The notes under the pieces were generated by a model that was given only the letters and a program-made list of their open reading frames with translations, ran no database searches and was not told where the DNA came from. Source: Luteibacter sp. (GTDB lineage Bacteria; Pseudomonadota; Gammaproteobacteria; Xanthomonadales; Rhodanobacteraceae). From it: a DNA stretch of 64,000 nucleotides. Shown piece by piece: positions 9,701-23,362 of this stretch (the stretch's first letter is position 1; every line of letters starts with the position of its first letter). The translations under genes and the position numbers were made by a program. The stretch is from NCBI RefSeq assembly GCF_036499525.1, contig NZ_DASYDO010000069.1, forward strand, positions 56,790-120,789, read 5' to 3'.

Positions 9701-11640
9701 AGCTTCGCACCGAGGACGAGGCGGTTGAAGCCGTCGTTCTCCGCGCTGCCGCGCCAGATGTGCTCGAACGCGTCTTCGAAGATCGCGCCGACCTGCTTCA
9801 CCTCGAACACGAGGCGGCCCACCGGCTGCACCTCGAAGTCCTGTACGAACAGGCGGCCCTCGCCGAGCTTCACCGCGTACATGTGCTCGGTGAGCACACG
9901 GAGGCCGAGGTTCTCGAGCTGCGGCATCACCTCGGAAAGCGCAATGTCGGAGCCGGAACGGTAGACCTTGAAGCGCAGTTCCTCCGGACGATGCGGCGGA
10001 TGGTAGAACGACATGCTGATGGCGTCGGGGCCGTCCAGGCCGGCCAGCGCCCTCACGTCGGCGGCGGCGACCTCGGGCGACACCTCGTCCACGTAGCCGG
10101 CCGGAAGCGACTTGCCGTAGCGGTTGGCGAGGATGATGCCTTGCTGTTCGCCGGCCAGTTCGATCAGGCGGTCGCGCAGATCGTCGTACCAATTGCGCGC
10201 GATCGACACGATCTTCGCCTCGATGGCGGCCGCGTCGTAGACCGGGTGGTCGCCGATGCGTGGGCGTACCACCACGTGCAGGCGGACCAGGGCGGCCTCG
10301 CCCATCAGCACGGCGGAATCGAGGTGCTCGCCATGGAAGGCGTCGCGCAGAACGTTCTCCACACGCTCGCGCACGCTGGTGTTGAAGCGATCGCGCGGGA
10401 TGTAAACCAGGCAGGAGAAGAACCGGCCGTAACTGTCGCGGCGGATGAACAGGCGGCTGCGCGTGCGCTGGGCCAGCTCAAGGAGGCCCATGGAGAGCGC
10501 GAAGAGTTCGTCGGTGCTGCACTGGAACAGCTCGTCGCGCGGCAACGTATCGAGTATGTGGCGCAGGGCCTTGCCCGAATGTGAGTCGCGCTTCAGGCCC
10601 GAGCGCTTCATCACCGCCTCGCACTTGTCGCGCACCAACGGCACGTGCTGCGGATGGGCCATGTAGGCATTCGAGGAGAACAGGCCGAGGAAGCGCTGCT
10701 CGGCGCTCGGGCGGCCCTGTGCGTCGAACTTGAGCACGCCCACGTAATCCATGTAGCCCGGGCGATGGATCGGCGAACGGGCATTGGTCTTGGTAAGGAT
10801 GATGGCATCGGTGGCACCCGAGCGCGGCAATTCGCTGGCCACCAGGGTGCGCAGCGAACGCGGCGCCACCGAGCGCTCGGCACCGCGCAGGATGCCAAGG
10901 CCGGACCCTTCCACGGCCTTCAGCACCTGGTCGCCCGCGTCGGCGGCCACTTCGTATTCGCGGTAGCCCATGAAAGTGAAGTGATCGTCCGCCACCCAAC
11001 GCAGGAACTCGGTGGCTTCGCTCACCTCCTCGGCCGTGTAGGGCAGCGAGCGCTTGCCGAGTTCGTCGGCGACCTCGACCATCTTGTCGCGCATCGCGCG
11101 CCAGTCGCCCACGGCCTCGCGCACGTCGGCCAGCGCGGCCTCGACATTTGCTTGCAGCGTCTCGAGTTCGGTCTCGTCGATGCGATCGATTTCGAAGCGC
11201 ATGACCGACTCGGTCTTCTCGCCCGCGCCTATCGACTCGAGCACGCCGGACGCCGAGCGCACCACCGGCACCACCGGGTGGATAGTCGCGTGGATCTCCG
11301 CGTGCGCCGCGGCGACCATGGATACCGTGTCCACGAGGAACGGCATGTCGTCGGTCACGACTTCCACCACCGCGCGGGTACCGGAGACGCCGGGGTTGTA
11401 CACCCGCACCTTGGCCCTGCCCGGCGTCCGCTCACGCGCGAAGACGAGCAGGTCTGCGATCAGCGCGGCCCAACGCTCCGGCGCGTGCAGCGCGCAGTCG
11501 GCGGGGGCGATCCGCTCGAAGAAGGCCTCGATAAAAAAGCGCGCCTCGTTGAGGCGCTCCGCGGGGTAGTCGAGCTTTTTCAGTTCATCGAAGACAACGG
11601 CGTGGAATGGGCCGTTTTCGGCAGCGCGAATCGCATTCAT
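6721..11640 (-). CDS. gdhB: Large NAD-specific glutamate dehydrogenase (about 180 kDa class)
   Basis: [59 protein letters not shown] motifs; about 1640 aa; start set at MNAIR. Confidence 0.93.
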   Translation of the reverse strand: [1639 protein letters not shown]

Positions 11641-11849
11641 GGGCGGATTATCGATGTGGGGAGGACGGAAATCCGTGAAAGCATAGCTCCCACCGGCGTC
11701 ATGTAGCCACACCGGCAGGCGTCGTTCGTTGGCGTTTTTTCACTGCGATGCCGCATGGCCGTCGGCGCGTCGTGAAATTGAGTCGGCACTAACGGATAGC
11801 AAGGATGTGTGCATCGCAGCAATTCGCGTGCGAATGTGTAAACGCCCCG

Positions 11850-11879
11850 TTGACGCTGGGCAGCCTGAGATTCTAAACT
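11850..11879 (+). promoter_or_regulatory. Candidate sigma70 promoter for the RND operon
   Basis: TTGACG-18 bp-TAAACT, about 200 bp upstream of the adaptor gene. Confidence 0.4.
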
Positions 11880-12083
11880 GGACGGTATACTTACGTGTTG
11901 AATCAAGCCACGATGGCGCTGGGTATCGGCAGCGTCACGGGCGTCCTGTAAGTGCACGCGAGAGGCCGAAACGCACGGGACGGGTGGCTAGGCACGCGGT
12001 AACCGTATCCACGCATGCGAGCGGCATCATCCCGGTGCGGTAGCGCGATCGAACAAGAAACCTGGAAAAGGAACGAAGTTCTC

Positions 12084-13310
12084 ATGAATCCCCTGCCCTT
12101 GCGCTCGACCCTGCTGGCCTTCGGCCTCGCCGCGGCGCTTGCCGCCTGCCATAAGCAGGAAGCTCCACAGCAGCCGCCTCCGCCGGAAGTCGGTGTCATC
12201 ACGGTCCAGCCCCAGGATGCGCCGCTCGTCCAGGACCAGGTCGGCCGCCTCTCCGCCTATCGCACGGCCGACGTGCGTGCCCGCGTGCCCGGCATCCTGC
12301 TGCATCGGCTGTACGGGGAAGGTACGGACGTGAAGGCGGGCCAGAAGCTGTTCCAGATCGATCCGCAGCCGCTCAAGGCCGAGCTGGATGCCCAGCTGGC
12401 CAACCTCGCCTCCACCCGCGCCACGGCCGTCAACGCCAAGTCGCAGGCGGATCGCGCGCGCGGCCTGATCGGCAAGAACTACGTGTCCCGCCAGGACCTC
12501 GACACCGCCGAGGCCAACGAGCGCACGGCGAACGCGGCGGTCAAGCAGGCCCAGGCGAATGCCGAATCGGCACGGATCAACCTCGGCTTCACCGACGTGG
12601 TTTCGCCGATCGACGGCCGCGCCGGCCAGCAACAGGTCACCGAAGGCGCGCTAGTGGGCCAGGGCGACACCACCCTGCTCACCCGCGTCGACCAGATCGA
12701 CAAGCTCTACGTGAACTTCAGCGTGTCGGTGTCTGACCTCGACGCGATGCGCCGCGCCGCCGCGGCCGGTGCGGCCACGCTGTCGCCGACGGACAAGGCC
12801 ACCGTGCGCATCCAGCTGCCGGACGGCACCGACTTCGGCGAGGAAGGCACGCTCGATTTCTCCTCGGCCACGGTGAATCCGCAGACCGGCACGGTGAACC
12901 TGCGCGCGTTGCTCGACAATCCGGGCGAGCGCCTGCTCCCCGGCCAGTTCGTGACCGTCAAGGCCACCCTGGGCGACCTGCACAACGTCTATCTTGTGCC
13001 GCAGGCCGCCGTGCTGCGCGACGCCAACGACGCCTACGTGATGGTCGTCGGCGAGGGCCACGCCAAGAACCCGCAGACCGGTGCCGACACGACCGTGCCA
13101 TCCGCCGCCATTCGCCGTCCGATCAAGGCCGATCGCCTCAGCGGCGCCAACTGGGTGGTCACGAGCGGCCTCAAGCCGGGTGACCAGATCATCGTCCAGG
13201 GCCTGCCGAAGGCGCGGGAGAACGCGCCCGTGAAGGCGTCCCCCGCCCAGGCCGCTCCTGCTGGCGCGGTGGCGGGTGGCCCCACGGCCGCCCCCGCCGG
13301 CAAGCAGTAA
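12084..13310 (+). CDS. RND efflux periplasmic adaptor (AcrA/MexA-like lipoprotein)
   Basis: Lipobox LAAC, ADVRARVPG, SPIDGRAG, GTVNLRA motifs; start set at MNPLP. Confidence 0.92.
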   Translation: MNPLPLRSTLLAFGLAAALAACHKQEAPQQPPPPEVGVITVQPQDAPLVQDQVGRLSAYRTADVRARVPGILLHRLYGEGTDVKAGQKLFQIDPQPLKAELDAQLANLASTRATAVNAKSQADRARGLIGKNYVSRQDLDTAEANERTANAAVKQAQANAESARINLGFTDVVSPIDGRAGQQQVTEGALVGQGDTTLLTRVDQIDKLYVNFSVSVSDLDAMRRAAAAGAATLSPTDKATVRIQLPDGTDFGEEGTLDFSSATVNPQTGTVNLRALLDNPGERLLPGQFVTVKATLGDLHNVYLVPQAAVLRDANDAYVMVVGEGHAKNPQTGADTTVPSAAIRRPIKADRLSGANWVVTSGLKPGDQIIVQGLPKARENAPVKASPAQAAPAGAVAGGPTAAPAGKQ

Positions 13311-13322
13311 GGGAGTTTCGTC

Positions 13323-16300
13323 ATGCCGAGTTTCTTCATCGACCGCCCCATCTTCGCCTGGGTGGTGGCGATCCTGATCAGCCTATGCGGCACGATCGCC
13401 CTGCTCAACATGGGTATCGAGTCGTATCCGAACATCGCCCCGCCGCAGGTCGTCGTCTCGGCGACCTATCCGGGCGCGAGCGCGGATACCACCGAGAAAA
13501 CCGTGACGCAGGTCATCGAGCAGCAGCTGACAGGTATCGATCACCTGCTCTACTTCTCGTCCTCCTCCAGCTCCAGCGGCAACGCCCAGGTAACGCTGAC
13601 CTTCGAGTCCGGTACCGACCCGGACATCGCCCAGGTGCAGGTGCAGAACAAGGTGGCGCTGGCAACACCGCGCCTGCCCTCGGAAGTGACCCAGCAGGGC
13701 GTCGTGGTGGCCAAGTCCAACCCCGACTTCCTGATGTTCATCGCGCTGACATCGTCGAATCCGGCGATCGACGGCGACCGCCTGACCGACATCGTGTCGT
13801 CGCAGGTGCTCGACCAGATCGCCCGCATTCCTGGCGTCGGCAGCACCCGACAGCTGGGTGCCGAGTACGCCATGCGCGTCTGGCTGAACCCGGACAAGCT
13901 GCGCGGCTACGGTCTGTCCGCCACCGACCTGCGTAGCGCCCTCAGCACGCAGAACGTGCAGTTCGCCGCGGGCTCCATCGGTACGGATCCGGCCGTGAAC
14001 GGCCAGGGCTTCAGTGCCACGGTCTCCGCGGAGGGCCGCTTCACCACGCCTGAGCAGTTTTCCGAGATCATCCTGCGCGCGAACAACGACGGCACCGTGG
14101 TACGCCTGAAGGATGTCGCCCGCGTTGAGCTTGGCCCGCAGAGCTACGGCTTCAATGCGCAGTGGAATGGCACGGCCACCGGTTCGTTCGGCGTGCAGCT
14201 GCTGCCCGGCGCGAACGCGCTGGACGTGGCGAATGCCGTGCGCGCGAAGATGGACGAGCTGGCCAGGAGCTTCCCGGACGGCGTGACCTGGTTCGCCCCG
14301 TACGACACGACGAAGTTCGTGACCATCTCCATCGAGGAAGTGGTCCATACCCTCGTGGAGGCGGTCATCCTCGTCTTCCTCGTGATGCTGCTGTTCCTGC
14401 AGAACTTCCGCGCCACGATCATCCCGACCCTGGTCATCCCGGTGGCCCTGCTTGGCACCTTCCTGGGCCTGTCGCCACTGGGCTTCACGGTCAACCAGCT
14501 GACCCTGTTCGGCATGGTGCTCGCGATCGGCATCGTCGTGGACGACGCCATCGTGGTGATCGAGAACGTCGAACGCATCATGTCCGAGGAAGGACTGTCG
14601 CCGAAGGAAGCCACGCGAAAGGCGATGGGCCAGATCACCGGCGCCGTCATCGCGATCACCGTGGTGCTGGCGGCCGTGTTCGTCCCTTCGGCACTGCAGC
14701 CGGGCGCCTCGGGCATCATCTACAAGCAGTTCGCGCTGACGATCGCGGTGTCGATGGGCTTCTCGGCCTTCCTCGCCCTGTCGTTCACTCCGGCGCTGTG
14801 CGCGACGATCCTCCGGCACGAACCCGCCGAGAAGAAGAAGAACATCGTCTATCGCAAGTTCAACCAGCTGTTCGACTGGGTCACGCATACCTACTCCGGG
14901 CATGTCGGCAGTGCGGTGCGCCACGCGCCGCGCTGGATGGTGATCTTCGTCCTGATCGCGGTCGTCTGCGGCTTCCTCTTCGTCCGCCTGCCGACCAGCT
15001 TCGTGCCGGACGAGGACCAGGGTTACGCGCTGGCCATCGTGCAGTTGCCCCCGGGGTCCAGCCTTGCCCGCACCAAGAAGGTGATGGCCGAACAGCGCGC
15101 GATCCTCATGAAGGATGCGTCGGTGGACGGCATGTTCCAGATCTCCGGCTTCAGCTTCGTGGGCCAGGGCGAGAACGTGGGCATGACCTTCATCCGCCTG
15201 AAGGACTGGGGCGACCGCGAGCTCACTGCCACGCAGTTCATCCAGCAGGCGAACGGCAAGATGCAGGCCGTGCGCGATGCCACGATTTTCGTCGTCAACC
15301 TGCCGACGATCCGTGGCCTGTCGCAGTTCGGCGGTATCGACATGTACCTGCAGGCTCGTGCCGGCCAGAGCCGTCCTGACCTGACCGCCGCCCGCAACAT
15401 GCTGCTGGGTGCCGCCGCGCAGAACAGCGCGCTGGTGGGTGTGCGTCCGAACACGCTGGAAGACGCACCGCTGCTGCAGCTGCACGTGGATCGTACCCAG
15501 GCACAGACGATGGGCCTCTCGGTCAGCGACATCTACACCGCCATCCAGCTCACGCTGGCACCGGTGTATGTCAACGACTTCTCCTACGAGGGGCGCGTGA
15601 AACGCGTGATGCTGCAGGCCGATGCGCCCTACCGCATGGGCACGGATGCGTTCTCGCACATCTTCACGCCGAGCATACTCGCCGCCGCATCGCCGGATAC
15701 CTCGACGGATGGCTCGAACGTCGCCAGCACCACGTCGTCGGTCGACAATGCCATGATTCCGCTGTCCACCGTGGTGGACTCGAAGTGGATGATGGCGGCG
15801 CCGACGCTCAACCGCTACAACGGCTACTCCGCGGTGGAAATTGTCGGTAACCAGGCGCCGGGCTATTCCACCGGCCAAGCCATGAAGATCGTGGAAGGCA
15901 TCGTCAACGACAAGCTGCCCAAGGGCTTCGGTTACGACTGGACCGGCCAGTCGTATCAGGAAATCCTCTCGGGCAACTCGTCGACGATGCTGCTGGCCTT
16001 GTCGGTGGTCATCGTGTTCCTCTGCCTTGCCGCCCTGTACGAGAGCTGGTCGATTCCGGTCTCGGTGCTGCTGGTGGTGCCGCTGGGTATCCTGGGCACG
16101 GTGGTGTTCTCGATGCTGCGTGGCTTGCCGAACGATATCTATTTCAAGATCGGCATGATCACCGTCATCGGCCTTGCGGCGAAGAACGCGATCCTGATCG
16201 TGGAATTCGCGGTGGAGCAGCAACAGAGGGGCACGACGCTCCGCGACGGCGTGGTCGAAGCGGCCCGTCTGCGACTGCGTCCGATCCTGATGACCTCGAT

Positions 16301-16664
16301 GGCCTTCATCCTCGGCGTGTTCCCGCTGGCGATCTCCACCGGCGCGGGTGCGAACTCCCGGCATGCGATCGGTACCGGCGTCATCGGCGGCATGCTGTTC
16401 GCCACTTTCCTGGGCCTTCTGCTGATCCCGGTGTTCTACGTGTCGGTGCGCCGCATGCTGGGCGACAAGCTGGACGAGGTGTCGCAAACCATCCGCCAGG
16501 GCCATGGTCCCGACGATCGTCCGGACGGCGGCGGCCATGGGCCGCACGGCGGCGGCGATCCGCACGGCGGCAACCCGTCGACGAACGTCGGCCCCCACGC
16601 ACCGAACGTCGGCGACGTGCCAGCCTTCGACTCGGACCCGCGACGGGGTACCGACCGCCCGTAA
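13323..16664 (+). CDS. HAE1 RND efflux transporter (AcrB/MexB-like)
   Basis: MPSFFIDRPIFAWV, IGIVVDDAIVVIENVER, GLAAKNAILIVEFA, RLRPILMTS proton-relay motifs. Confidence 0.95.
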   Translation: MPSFFIDRPIFAWVVAILISLCGTIALLNMGIESYPNIAPPQVVVSATYPGASADTTEKTVTQVIEQQLTGIDHLLYFSSSSSSSGNAQVTLTFESGTDPDIAQVQVQNKVALATPRLPSEVTQQGVVVAKSNPDFLMFIALTSSNPAIDGDRLTDIVSSQVLDQIARIPGVGSTRQLGAEYAMRVWLNPDKLRGYGLSATDLRSALSTQNVQFAAGSIGTDPAVNGQGFSATVSAEGRFTTPEQFSEIILRANNDGTVVRLKDVARVELGPQSYGFNAQWNGTATGSFGVQLLPGANALDVANAVRAKMDELARSFPDGVTWFAPYDTTKFVTISIEEVVHTLVEAVILVFLVMLLFLQNFRATIIPTLVIPVALLGTFLGLSPLGFTVNQLTLFGMVLAIGIVVDDAIVVIENVERIMSEEGLSPKEATRKAMGQITGAVIAITVVLAAVFVPSALQPGASGIIYKQFALTIAVSMGFSAFLALSFTPALCATILRHEPAEKKKNIVYRKFNQLFDWVTHTYSGHVGSAVRHAPRWMVIFVLIAVVCGFLFVRLPTSFVPDEDQGYALAIVQLPPGSSLARTKKVMAEQRAILMKDASVDGMFQISGFSFVGQGENVGMTFIRLKDWGDRELTATQFIQQANGKMQAVRDATIFVVNLPTIRGLSQFGGIDMYLQARAGQSRPDLTAARNMLLGAAAQNSALVGVRPNTLEDAPLLQLHVDRTQAQTMGLSVSDIYTAIQLTLAPVYVNDFSYEGRVKRVMLQADAPYRMGTDAFSHIFTPSILAAASPDTSTDGSNVASTTSSVDNAMIPLSTVVDSKWMMAAPTLNRYNGYSAVEIVGNQAPGYSTGQAMKIVEGIVNDKLPKGFGYDWTGQSYQEILSGNSSTMLLALSVVIVFLCLAALYESWSIPVSVLLVVPLGILGTVVFSMLRGLPNDIYFKIGMITVIGLAAKNAILIVEFAVEQQQRGTTLRDGVVEAARLRLRPILMTSMAFILGVFPLAISTGAGANSRHAIGTGVIGGMLFATFLGLLLIPVFYVSVRRMLGDKLDEVSQTIRQGHGPDDRPDGGGHGPHGGGDPHGGNPSTNVGPHAPNVGDVPAFDSDPRRGTDRP

Positions 16665-16668
16665 CGAC

Positions 16669-16694
16669 AGAAGCCCGGCGAAAGCCGGGCTTCT
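16669..16694. terminator. Intrinsic terminator hairpin between convergent genes
   Basis: agaagcccggc-gaaa-gccgggcttct followed by a T-rich tail. Confidence 0.8.
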
Positions 16695-16766
16695 TCTTTG
16701 ACCCTGGGAAAGATTTCACGGCGCCTCATGGCACGGGCGGCCTGTGTCGCTGGGGAGCTTAGCGCA

Positions 16767-17927
<1,161 letters not shown>

Positions 17928-18040
17928 GGGGTGTTCCTCTCGCCGGCCTGACGGGCGGCAATCGTGGGGTGGGGTGGAAACAAGCCCACCATTTTAACGG
18001 CCTTTCGACGCCTTGCCGCCGTGCACTGCAACATCCCGGC

Positions 18041-18092
18041 TTGACGGGCGCACGCGCGGGCCGCATCCTGCGTATCTCTATATCGCGATATA
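18041..18092 (+). promoter_or_regulatory. Promoter plus palindromic operator upstream of the ArsR-methyltransferase/metH operon
   Basis: TTGACG (18041)-17 bp-CATCCT; perfect 14-bp palindrome tatatcgcgatata at 18079-18092. Confidence 0.6.
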
Positions 18093-18102
18093 AGGATGTT
18101 GG

Positions 18103-19047
18103 ATGGACCTGTCGACGGCCTCCACGGCGCTCCGGCTCCTGGCCGATCCCACCCGCGTCCGCCTCCTCGCCCTGCTCGATCGCGAGGAACTGACCGTGGC
18201 GGAACTGGCCGCCGTGCTGCACCTGGCCCAGCCGCGCGTGTCCACCCACCTTGCCAAACTCAAGGAAGCTGAGCTGGTGCGCGACCGCCGCGCGGGCGTA
18301 TCCGCCTATTATCGGGCCAACGCCGAAGCCGATCCCACGCTCGCCGCCCTGGTTGCCTCCCTGCGCGACACCTTGAGCGACGCCCTGCTTCGCGAGGACG
18401 CCGAGCGCCTGCCCGCCGTGCTCGCCCAGCGCGCACGCGCCGAAGGGTGGGCCGACACTGTCGCGGGCGACATGGAACGCCATTATTCGCCGGGCCGCAC
18501 CTGGGAAACCCTCGCCCGTTCGCTGCTCCAGCTGCTCGCCACCGGCGACGTGCTGGACATTGCTTCCGGCGACGGTGTCACCGCCGAGCTGCTTGCCCCG
18601 CATGCGCACTCCATCGTCTGCATCGACAGCTCGGACCGCGTGGTCGACGCGGCGCGCCAGCGCCTCTCCGGCTTTGCCAACGTCGAGGTCCGCACCGGTG
18701 ATATGCATGCGCTGGACCTTCGCGACCATCAGTTCGACCTTGTCCTCCTCCTGCACGCCCTCACCTACGCGACGGATCCGCAGAAAGTGTTCGGCGAAGT
18801 CGCGCGCGTGCTGAAACCCGGTGGCCGCGTGCTCGCGTCGACCCTCGGCGAACACGACCACCGCGCCGTCGTGGAGCCCTTCGACCACCGCAACCTCGGC
18901 TTCAGCTGCGCCGGCCTCACGGACATGGCCAGGAACGCCGGGCTCGACGTGGTGAGTTGCGATCGCCTGAGTCGCGAGCGCCGCGCTCCGCATTTCGAAG
19001 TCATCAGCCTGCTTGCACGCAAGCCTTTCGTAGAGGATGCCCCATGA
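18103..19047 (+). CDS. ArsR-family HTH fused to a SAM-dependent methyltransferase-like domain (SahR/SamR-type methionine regulator)
   Basis: [10 protein letters not shown]...[17 protein letters not shown]; [12 protein letters not shown] motif; overlaps the downstream metH gene. Confidence 0.85.
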   Translation: MDLSTASTALRLLADPTRVRLLALLDREELTVAELAAVLHLAQPRVSTHLAKLKEAELVRDRRAGVSAYYRANAEADPTLAALVASLRDTLSDALLREDAERLPAVLAQRARAEGWADTVAGDMERHYSPGRTWETLARSLLQLLATGDVLDIASGDGVTAELLAPHAHSIVCIDSSDRVVDAARQRLSGFANVEVRTGDMHALDLRDHQFDLVLLLHALTYATDPQKVFGEVARVLKPGGRVLASTLGEHDHRAVVEPFDHRNLGFSCAGLTDMARNAGLDVVSCDRLSRERRAPHFEVISLLARKPFVEDAP

Positions 19048-20122
19048 GCCAACTTCCCTGGCTTCACCCTGATCGTGTCGCCCTCATCCAGAAGGGTCTC
19101 GCCGAGCGCATCATGATCCTCGACGGTGGCATGGGCACCATGCTCCAGGGCCACAGGCTCGACGAGTCCGGTTATCGCGGGGAGCGCTTCGCCGGCGGTC
19201 ACGACAGCACGCATGACCATGGCCACGACCATCCGGGCGAGTGCGACCTGAAAGGCAACAACGACCTGCTCCTGCTCAGCCAGCCGGAGATCATCCGCGG
19301 GGTGCACACCGCCTATCTGGAGGCCGGCGCGGACTTCGTCGAAACGAATACCTTCAACGCCACGCGCGTAAGCCAGGCGGATTACCACCTTGGGCACCTC
19401 GTGCCCGAACTGAACCGTGAAGGCGCCCGCATCGCGCGCGAAGCCTGCGATGCGATGACCGCACGCACACCCGACAGGCCGCGTTTCGTCATCGGCGTGC
19501 TCGGTCCGACCAGCCGCACGGCGTCGATCTCGCCCGACGTGAACGACCCGGGCTTTCGCAATGTCTCCTTCGAGGAACTGAAGACAAACTATATCGAGTC
19601 CGCCCGCGCCCTCATCGAAGGCGGCGCCGACACGATCATGGTCGAAACCATCTTCGACACGCTTAACGCGAAGGCCGCGCTGTTCGCCTTGAGCGAGCTT
19701 TTCCACGAGCTTGGCGCGCGCGTGCCGGTGATGATCTCGGGCACGATCACCGATCGCTCCGGACGCACGCTCTCGGGACAGACCGCCGAGGCATTCTTCT
19801 ACTCGGTCGAACACATCCAGCCACTGTCCGTGGGTTTGAATTGCGCGCTCGGCGCCGAAGACCTGCGCCCGCACGTGCAGATGCTGGCGCGCATCGCGGG
19901 CAGCGCCGTTAGCACACACCCGAATGCGGGCCTGCCCAACGCCTTCGGCGAGTACGACGAGACGCCGGAAAGCATGGCCGAGACCATTCGCGGCTTCGCG
20001 GCCGATGGCCTCATCAATATCGTGGGCGGGTGTTGTGGCACCACGCCCGCCCATATCGCGGCGATCGCCGCCGCCGTGGCGCCGTACGCGCCGCGCACTT
20101 ACAGGGACACCGCGCAAGCCGC

Positions 20123-20126
<4 letters not shown>
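19044..20126 (+). CDS. metH: Split cobalamin-dependent methionine synthase, homocysteine-binding part
   Basis: [46 protein letters not shown]; start set at MSQLP. Confidence 0.93.
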
Positions 20127-22822
<2,696 letters not shown>

Positions 22823-22824
22823 CT

Positions 22825-22931
22825 GTAGGAGCGCGCCCTGCGCGCGACATGTTTTGAGGCCGAAACCGGGAACTGGCGCGCCAGCTTGCCGACCGGGGCG
22901 AAAACATGTCGCGCGCAGAGCGCGCTCCTAC
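22825..22931. repeat. REP doublet (REPIN), GTAG type
   Basis: gtaggagcgcgccctgcgcgcgaca ... tgtcgcgcgcagagcgcgctcctac. Confidence 0.92.
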
Positions 22932-22939
22932 GGATGGGC

Positions 22940-23269
22940 TCAATCCTCGGGGCCGCCAGGCTTGACCGTCTCCTGCCTGTCCTTGTGCTTCAGGTGCGCG
23001 AAGACGTTGTAGAACGACACCAGCATCGGGAAGGCCGTCTGGATGATGCCTACCGAGTCGTTCTTGCCCCAGATGAAGTAGGCCAGGGTCAGCACGCTGC
23101 CGCTGACCGACAGGTACCAGAAGGACATGGGCACCGTGACCTTCTTGTTCTTCTTCGTGGCGTAGAACTGGACGAACCAGCGCGCCGTGAAGAGCAAGGT
23201 GCCGAGAAGACCGATGATCTTCCAGGGGGTGAGGGTCAGCAGGTGGAAATCGGCTAGGGCTTCATGCAT
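22940..23269 (-). CDS. Small membrane protein, lipid-A-disaccharide synthase N-terminal (LAB_N)-like domain
   Basis: IGLLGTLLFTARWFVQF and VPMSFWYLSVSG motifs; start uncertain (MHEAL at 23269 chosen). Confidence 0.75.
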   Translation of the reverse strand: MHEALADFHLLTLTPWKIIGLLGTLLFTARWFVQFYATKKNKKVTVPMSFWYLSVSGSVLTLAYFIWGKNDSVGIIQTAFPMLVSFYNVFAHLKHKDRQETVKPGGPED

Positions 23270-23362
23270 GGCGGTGTCCGGGGCGTGCGAGGCGGCCCAT
23301 TCTAAGGGGCTGGCCCCTTGATGGCGGCTTAGCACCGGAAAAGACCTTGCCGCGACTCAAAG

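Noticed and set aside
13383-16598. Long antisense or alternate-frame ORFs (also 34171-36978, 8662-10584, 24502-26244)
   Set aside because: Shadow ORFs expected in high-GC DNA opposite well-supported genes; Arg/His-rich with no motifs.
17928-18102. Cobalamin or SAM/SAH riboswitch ahead of metH
   Set aside because: The leader is very short and shows no recognisable aptamer core; a DNA operator explains the region better.
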